Source of the DNA: an uncultured Verrucomicrobiales bacterium
GTDB lineage: Bacteria > Verrucomicrobiota > Verrucomicrobiia > Verrucomicrobiales > DEV007
Assembly (NCBI GenBank): GCA_938091905.1
Contig: CALKOM010000110.1
Coordinates: forward strand, 1 to 23,198
Length of the DNA: 23,198 bases
Direction: 5' to 3'
A program made the position numbers and the translations under genes. Numbering within the stretch: the stretch's first letter is position 1; every line of letters begins with the position of its first letter. The notes under the pieces were generated by a model, which was not told the origin of the DNA, ran no database searches, and saw only the letters and a program-made list of their open reading frames with translations. Shown here piece by piece: positions 18,701 to 23,198 of this stretch.

Positions 18701-19886
18701 GCGGCGCGAGGGTCATGGGAAATTCATCGACCGTGAACAGTGCCATGTCGGTACCCACGACGTTCACACCAGAAATGGTGAGATCATTCTCCGTCCCAGT
18801 GTTTCTCACCGTCACCACTTCGGCATAAGTTGGATTGGCTGAATCGAGCTGACCAAGCCGTTTCTTCGAGCTGACCGTGATGTTAGGGCCCGGCGTCAAC
18901 TCAAATGGATTCTCGTTTGAGAAGATGATCTCTCCCGATCCACCGTGGGCCAGCCTTCCCGTCTGGTTAATAATCGGATCGAAATCCGCTTCATGGTCGC
19001 CGTTAGCGATCTGTTCGGCCGTGTAGTTCTCAGCTTCCTCAGCACTCCACCCTTCTAGTCGAGCGCGATTCGCCCAGAAATACTGCAACTCCAAGTCCTG
19101 GGTTCGGCTACCGTCACCATTCAGGCCAGGCCCAAACTTATCATCATCGTCCATCCCAATGTTAAAGCCCATGACATAGCCATCCTCTAACTTATTGCCG
19201 GCGTCAGGATCTTCGAAGAGCGTCTTGGCAAAGCGCATGTCCAGTTGCCAACCTCCATCAACTTCCTTACCTACGCACCACACTTCTCCGTCTTCACCGT
19301 AGGTCCATTCTACTGCCGTCGACCAGCGAGTATCGGTCTCCATCGTCTCTTCATCCCAGGCCGAGAACTTGCCGTCGTAACTAATATAGCAATGACCTCC
19401 GAACGGATCCATTGAGTTATCCGTGTTGTTATCGTAACGATCATTGAGCGCATCGACCACAATCTCGATCGAATCATCCTTCCATAGCGCTGCGTTAGGA
19501 TCATCCTGATTGATGACATCGTCTTTCGCATCCACACCCACGTAAAAATACGTCTCATCATGGGCCAACCAGAAGGTGAAACTCGAATCAGCCGCATCAT
19601 CCCATTGCCGATCACCGGGGAAATTGTGAATGCGACCGTTATCACCAGGATCAATAAGCTGACCAGGAAAATTGCCATACTCTTCCTGAGAAACGTCTCC
19701 ATCGATGGAGATGGAGCCATTCGCCACGAGTGGCACCGTTAGCGTTGTCTTCTCGATATCCGACCACGGTCCTTCCGCCGTGATATCGATTTCGGGGATT
19801 TCGGCAAATAAGGCGGGCGCATTGAACAAGGCGCAAGCCAACAATAGATGGGAGACCGAGGTCCCGCTGGTTTTTAAGAGGTTCAT
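15798..19886 (-). CDS. Large secreted acidic protein: CBM9-like sugar-binding domain, ASH/Ig-like domain, two LamG domains, two additional modules, short C-terminal domain
   Basis: Signal peptide from ATG 19886 (MNLLK..LLLACALFNAPALFA). CBM9-like motifs ISIDG, HDETYFYVGVDAKDD, DSIEI..D and GFNIGMDDDD. ASH-like VRNTGTENDLTIS. LamG motifs FSGVIDDVQIYDRVLS and YIGAMDDISIWSRALT. Confidence 0.88.
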   Translation of the reverse strand: MNLLKTSGTSVSHLLLACALFNAPALFAEIPEIDITAEGPWSDIEKTTLTVPLVANGSISIDGDVSQEEYGNFPGQLIDPGDNGRIHNFPGDRQWDDAADSSFTFWLAHDETYFYVGVDAKDDVINQDDPNAALWKDDSIEIVVDALNDRYDNNTDNSMDPFGGHCYISYDGKFSAWDEETMETDTRWSTAVEWTYGEDGEVWCVGKEVDGGWQLDMRFAKTLFEDPDAGNKLEDGYVMGFNIGMDDDDKFGPGLNGDGSRTQDLELQYFWANRARLEGWSAEEAENYTAEQIANGDHEADFDPIINQTGRLAHGGSGEIIFSNENPFELTPGPNITVSSKKRLGQLDSANPTYAEVVTVRNTGTENDLTISGVNVVGTDMALFTVDEFPMTLAPQTSGEIMFTFSPEGRTGDFAATLEIVSDDVDADDQTRLVDVTASVVNLSGPKAHYALDEAAGATDMLDITGFGNGGVYVSSPTLGVEALASGTAMEVSGSNYGQADGSALGTPDGFTISTWVNASANAGSQTIVAKGDDGNPTFALLLTGDALDWFVGDSAKFSTPAGAVIAGQSYFVTVTWTADRAAIYVDGVEAASQDEPDALELSNSNPIFIGSFAGVLSFSGVIDDVQIYDRVLSGEEIQFLMANPGEVIGGTAPPVGPVSAEITWEAPNLDTTVEDLIGGPSLTFTPFAYDGGNAEGTFWTGDGGTTGDDVLDSIYNSHGWNGAGASITLDGLTAGESYQVQLLGAGDTRGCCNTRNQAASDGTNVSGDFPRGNSSVIGSFTATGATQEIMIVSGTDNGVDPGLSGFILTDAAGGFISASNVGRTEGDDITLTVPTGGDGPLDLLVLGADDTGETGADANVLAFLGETFGADNVRYQNSGATDGSETADVIIMSSTFGSGSVRGKFHNSAVPIVNWEEAIMDAGDGEFGQSSVAMTKSTDTVRMALSDHLIAGDLAGTTIDFFSGAGAETLGSSSLSAGTEAVGTAADGSIADLAMLFVTEAGAAVAEGAGVTDNVSPARRVAFPMTDSSFDSLTDEGKQLFVNSIRWAAGGDSPPTGLDGYWSFDEGTGTVAGDGSGNGRDAAFRNGEPMWVAGKSGGALAFDGDDDLTIAGWKGIGGAAPRTISYWMKTDWGVSSVGGNVAWGTSETGLKWHFRLNENANNGPVGAIRTEIQGSFHISTQVVNDDVWHHVVSIFPEGGQFMQDLVHYIDGELQEVGGTGSTTVEVDTAGEANGGTDVTFGSRLQGATDQYYIGAMDDISIWSRALTAEEVQALSKGATPLDVAAGNLDVVTSDGLPPLTSVNRTASGVAFSVPDGETYDIQYSTDLIEWESIAPGTTGAYEDTDAGRTGGASGYYRGIQP

Positions 19887-19928
19887 GAGTGTGAGGTTTT
19901 GAGGCTCTCTAAAAGCACACAAATCAAG

Positions 19929-19958
19929 AACCTACGAAAGCACCCATCCGAGACTCAA
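19929..19958 (-). promoter_or_regulatory. Putative sigma70-like promoter for the CBM9-like gene
   Basis: Minus strand TTGAGT-N18-TAGGTT containing GCTTTCGTAGG; same layout as 3486..3515. Confidence 0.5.
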
Positions 19959-19969
19959 GCCCAAATCTA

Positions 19970-20503
19970 TCAATAAGTAAGAATGCTATGCACCGGAGCA
20001 GGCGTCTTCATTTTCTCCCGTCCATTCAGAAAGGCCAGCTCGACCAAGAAAGTGACGGCCACCAGATCGCCCTTGAGACGACCGATGAGATCGATCGCTG
20101 CAGCGGCAGTGCCTCCAGTGGCTAACAAGTCATCGACCAAGTAAACCCGCTCGCCCGGGGACACAGCGTCCTCGTGAATCTCGATCGTCGCCTCGCCATA
20201 CTCGAGCGAATAGGACACCTCGTGGCTTTTATAGGGAAGTTTACCCTTCTTTCGCAACGGGATGAACCCCGCTTTCATGCGATCAGCCAGCGCTGCACCA
20301 AAGATAAATCCGCGCGCATCAATTCCTATGATCTTGTCTATTTTCTGACCAGTCACTTTCTCCTCCATCGCGTCGAGAGCGATCGAGAAGACCTCAGGAT
20401 CAGCCAGTACTGGGGTGATATCCTTGAAGAGAATGCCAGGCTTCGGAAAGTCCGGCACGTCACGAATCGTATCATTCAGGCGCTTTAGAGAAAAGTCGTT
20501 CAT
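19970..20503 (-). CDS. apt: Adenine phosphoribosyltransferase
   Basis: IRDVPDFPKPGILFKDITP, DARGFIFG, RKKGKLP, YSLEYG and VDDLLATGGT (PRPP-binding motif). Confidence 0.97.
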   Translation of the reverse strand: MNDFSLKRLNDTIRDVPDFPKPGILFKDITPVLADPEVFSIALDAMEEKVTGQKIDKIIGIDARGFIFGAALADRMKAGFIPLRKKGKLPYKSHEVSYSLEYGEATIEIHEDAVSPGERVYLVDDLLATGGTAAAAIDLIGRLKGDLVAVTFLVELAFLNGREKMKTPAPVHSILTY

Positions 20504-20524
20504 TTCAAATACACTAGCTAAAAT

Positions 20525-21121
20525 CTACCAAGCCTCCTTTGTCGTAGGCAGTTGCCCAGCTCGACGCGGATCGCGGCGACAGGCGACGTCCAGCGCTTTC
20601 GCAAGCCCTTTGAAAAGCGCCTCCGCCATGTGGTGCGCGTCCCGGCCATAGAGGATCTCGGCGTGCACATTCGCTTGGAGGTGGTTGGTCAGCCCGCGGA
20701 AGAACTCCTCCACAAGCTGAAAAGGAAAATCTCGGATCATTCCGGAACGATCATCCGCTCGAAACTCCAGAAAACTGCGCCCGCTCAAATCAACCACAAC
20801 CCGAGCCAACGTCTCGTCCATCGGCAGGTAGCAGGCCCCGTAGCGCTCAATCCCCTTCTTATCACCAAGCGCCTTACTGAGAGCCTGGCCCAGGACGATT
20901 CCTACGTCTTCAACGGTGTGGTGATAATCCACCTCCACATCCCCGGTAGCAGCGACGTTGAGATCCATCAGGGAGTGTCTAGAGAAGAGCGTCAGCATGT
21001 GATCCAGAAACGGAACCCCTGTCGACACTTCGCTAACTCCGGAACCATCAATGGTTAAGGAGAGTCGAATCTGCGTCTCGGTGGTGTTTCGCTCGATACT
21101 GGCCTCTCTGATCTTTGACAT
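20525..21121 (-). CDS. hisB: Imidazoleglycerol-phosphate dehydratase (monofunctional)
   Basis: R.T.ET.I, TGVPFLDHML, DYHHTVEDVGI, PMDETL, DLSGR and HHMAEALFK. Confidence 0.97.
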   Translation of the reverse strand: MSKIREASIERNTTETQIRLSLTIDGSGVSEVSTGVPFLDHMLTLFSRHSLMDLNVAATGDVEVDYHHTVEDVGIVLGQALSKALGDKKGIERYGACYLPMDETLARVVVDLSGRSFLEFRADDRSGMIRDFPFQLVEEFFRGLTNHLQANVHAEILYGRDAHHMAEALFKGLAKALDVACRRDPRRAGQLPTTKEAW

Positions 21122-21148
21122 TGGTTTCTCTATACACGGCTCCTCCGT

Positions 21149-21176
21149 ACCTTACAAATGCGGAAAAATGTCTCAA
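21149..21176 (-). promoter_or_regulatory. Putative promoter for hisB-apt
   Basis: Minus strand TTGAGA-N16-TAAGGT upstream of the hisB ATG. Confidence 0.35.
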
Positions 21177-21190
21177 ATACCATAAAAGTC

Positions 21191-21219
21191 TTGCCCGGGA
21201 GAATCCGAAATGATAAAAC
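21191..21219 (+). promoter_or_regulatory. Putative promoter, divergent from hisB
   Basis: TTGCCC(21191-21196)-N17-TAAAAC(21214-21219) with an extended -10 TG at 21211-21212. The last -10 position deviates from consensus. Confidence 0.4.
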
Positions 21220-21228
21220 CTTGTTGTA

Positions 21229-21318
21229 ATGTTTTTCAGAAGCCATGAGAGAAAAAATCAGCTCACCCAGAGGATCATCTTCTACGGGCTCGTTCTACTC
21301 TATCTTTGGCTGATGTAG
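21229..21318 (+). CDS. Candidate 29-aa small membrane peptide MFFRSHERKNQLTQRIIFYGLVLLYLWLM
   Basis: ATG 21229 to TAG 21316-21318; basic N-terminal half plus a 14-residue uncharged hydrophobic tail; lies between a promoter-like element and a terminator. Confidence 0.5.
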   Translation: MFFRSHERKNQLTQRIIFYGLVLLYLWLM

Positions 21319-21340
21319 AGCTGTTGTTTGTTGTTGTTTT

Positions 21341-21370
21341 GAAAAGGCCGGGATACGTCCCGGCTTTTTC
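21341..21370. terminator. Intrinsic terminator, potentially bidirectional
   Basis: GAAAAGGCCGGGA-TACG-TCCCGGCTTTTTC: GC-rich stem, UNCG-type loop, T-run on both strands. Confidence 0.85.
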
Positions 21371-21510
21371 GCGTATGCTACCCGAGCGATGCCGGCAGAA
21401 GGAATTATTCTACGGCTGCTTGGTCACACTCACCCAGATCTACGACTCTGATTCCACCCCATCGCTATCAGAGCCCCTGATAAGGTTCCGTCAGTCTTAA
21501 GTAATAGAAA

Positions 21511-22150
21511 CGGACGTATCTCGAGATAATCTTCCAAGCCGTGTTTACAGGCCTAGACCGCGAGGTAGCAGAGGCATCGAGAGATACCTTTGCTCTCTAG
21601 ATCTCTCCACCTACTTAGAAAGAGAAGCGACCACCATCACCATTACTCCTCAAAATCGTTTCTCCCCCAAAGCGTCGCCTCACGTTGGTGGACTCCACAA
21701 CTAATGAACAGCCTGAGATGAACAAGTCGCTCTTAGACGACCAAAGGGCTGCCGACATCAGCTCAGACGCATGCCTATCATCGCAAGAAGCACATTAGAA
21801 TAGCGTGGTTCACCGCGGCATGAAGCCTTCCAAAATTCTCATTTCACACACTCACTCAGTCAAGCTTGTCGACTTTGGTCTCGCTCGGCTGGTATCAGAT
21901 ACATGAAGAGAGCAGTCGCCATCTCTGCCCCTCACGGACGAAATGCTCAGCAAGTTCGACTACACTGCGCCGGAACAACGAAATACGTCCAATGGAGACC
22001 ATCACGTTGGCTGGCGAGGTTCCCCGGGGAATTCAAGATCACTCAAACCTGGATTTAGATAAACGACTATCAAAAGTTACCACCCAGGCCATGTAAAGAA
22101 ATCCAGACCTAAGGTTTCAGAGTGCCGCGGAAATACGTTGTGCCTTCGTC
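21511..22150 (+). pseudogene. Heavily decayed Hanks-type Ser/Thr protein kinase
   Basis: Frame +1 gives AVF..LDREVA (LDREVA from 21553), then AH*NSVVHRGMKPSKILI (HRG at 21811), VKLVDFGLARL (DFG at 21871) and DYTAPEQ (21958-21978). A shifted frame then gives LAGEVPRG..LDKRLSKVTTQAM*RNPDLRFQSAAEIR (subdomains X-XI). Multiple stops and deletions; boundaries approximate. Confidence 0.85.
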
Positions 22151-22330
22151 CCATGCACAAAGCCACAAAGAAAGCACCGAGTAATTTAGGCCGTAAAGGC
22201 CATCTTGGCGGGGTCGGCTTGTGCGATAGGATCCTACCTTCAGGATCGAAGAGAACGTCGACATGGATCTGTTCGCGCCAGATTTCTTGTCAAAATACTA
22301 ACATCACCCTAAGATGCCGCTATCTTCCTA

Positions 22331-22950
22331 GGGCTAATCCATAAATTCGTTTAGAGCGCTAAACCTTTGACTGTAAACCTACTGTGGCATTAGTTCTGGA
22401 TTGTAGATCCAAACCTATGACTGACAACTATCTTATTGATTCGGCTACGCGGGCCAAGTTGCGCCCCTTACTTACGCTTTGAAACAGTGTGGCTTTTCTA
22501 ATCGAGGCCGCAAGGGATCGGACCATCGCACTTTTATCTCAGCGCTGATCTTTCTTGGAAAGCGGGGATGTTGGTGGGTTGACTTACCACCGTTTTTCGG
22601 CAAGTACAAGAGTATTCCAGGCACGATTCACGAATTAGAGCCGAAGAGGGGTGTTTCTCGCGTTCTTTGATGCTGTTAGGGACGCCAAAGATCTTTCCTT
22701 CTTGCGATTTGTTGATGCTTCCTTTGTGAAATGTTCTATTGCTAGCCTAACTAAGCGAGGCGCCGGTCCTCATGAGGCTACAGAAAAGACGAAGGGAGGT
22801 TTCACTACCAAGGTTACGGCGGTCTGTGACTCCAAACAACGAGTGTACGCGTGTCAAATTGATCCAGGAAACGATAATGATCATAAGATCGCCGAGGCTA
22901 TTGAGTTACCCGGTCTCTTTCGACGATATGTGGGAGACAAAGAATTTAGC
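22331..22950 (+). mobile_element. Degenerate IS5-family element; transposase pseudogene from ATG 22417, 3' part interrupted
   Basis: Fragments MTDNYLIDSATRAKLRPLL / GRKGSDHRTFISALIFLGKRGCWWVDLPPFFGKYKSI / QARFTN*SRRGVF..VDASFVK..KTKGGFTTKV..PGNDND..GDK fit the DUF4096 + DDE layout of IS5. Frameshifts near 22474 and 22617; TAG at 22636. Left end is estimated at the CTAG 22328-22331. Confidence 0.8.
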
Positions 22951-23198
22951 ATTAATGGGGCCAACAAATACATGAACTTATATTGAACCCTAGGGTTCGA
23001 GATAATGTGAAAAGAGATGGTAGAAAGCTATCGAGTGCTGAGCAATTGCTGCAGCGTCAGAATGCGGTGAACATGTTCTTTGAGGAGGGCTATTCCAAAA
23101 CTGATATTGCTCTCGCCCTCGGCGCTTCAAGGCAGAATGTATGTCGTTGGTGCGACCTTTACGAAGAAGGAGGCCCAGATGCGCTTCAGTTGGGAAGG
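22947..23198 (+). mobile_element. Left end of an IS630-family element inserted into the IS5 remnant
   Basis: IS5 similarity stops right after GDK; candidate TA targets at 22947 or 22953; an IS630-type transposase starts at 23007. Confidence 0.75.
23007..23198 (+). CDS. IS630-family transposase, N-terminal HTH (partial, runs off the window)
   Basis: From GTG 23007: MKRDGRKLSSAEQLLQRQNAVNMFFEEGYSKTDIALALGASRQNVCRWCDLYEEGGPDALQLGR, a typical IS630 N-terminus (DGRKL..R..AV..G....IA...G.SR..V..W...Y..GG..AL). Confidence 0.85.
   Translation, partial: MKRDGRKLSSAEQLLQRQNAVNMFFEEGYSKTDIALALGASRQNVCRWCDLYEEGGPDALQLGR

Noticed and set aside
21245..21313. Alternative 22-aa ORF MREKISSPRGSSSTGSFYSIFG
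   Set aside because: It has no distinctive composition, while the overlapping 29-aa frame has a clear membrane-peptide pattern. It cannot be excluded without Ribo-seq.
21229..21370. Histidine attenuator (leader peptide plus terminator) for hisB
   Set aside because: The peptide is on the opposite strand to hisB and has only one His codon, and the candidate hisB promoter lies between it and hisB.
21306..22344. ORFs 21306..21500, 21866..22096 and 22138..22344 as genes
   Set aside because: The first crosses a terminator, the second is partly a kinase-pseudogene fragment, and the third has no recognisable features.
1..23198. Composite transposon bounded by two IS630 copies
   Set aside because: The right end of the left element (reverse complement TA|GTACTGACCGGCGTAGG) does not match the left end of the right element (TA|GCATTAATGGGG or TA|ATGGGGCC). 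They look like different elements, and the interval contains the housekeeping genes hisB and apt.

Overview
This is bacterial DNA, most likely from a Verrucomicrobiota (Verrucomicrobiales-like) genome; that is inferred from the gene families present. The intact core (3.5-21.1 kb) encodes a gluconokinase, a secreted Cys-type sulfatase, a PQQ/BamB-like beta-propeller protein and a Gln/Arg-rich low-complexity membrane-anchored protein. It also encodes two very large secreted multidomain proteins (lamin-tail/LamG/CotH-kinase/InlB-B-like repeats, 2471 aa; CBM9-like/ASH/LamG, about 1362 aa), then apt and hisB. Both flanks are decaying. On the left, a large secreted gene (temptin-like CXXCH domain + L-type-lectin-like repeats + ASH domains) is broken by two frameshifts and cut by an IS630 element. 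On the right lie a heavily eroded Ser/Thr kinase pseudogene not shown by the ORF track, a frameshifted IS5-family transposase, and a second, different IS630 element inserted into it. Less obvious signals are: a candidate promoter / 29-aa hydrophobic peptide / terminator unit next to hisB; a promoter motif shared by two paralogous secreted genes 16 kb apart; nested domain insertions in the CotH protein; and a shared C-terminal motif that may be a sorting signal. All family assignments come from motif recognition, not database searches.
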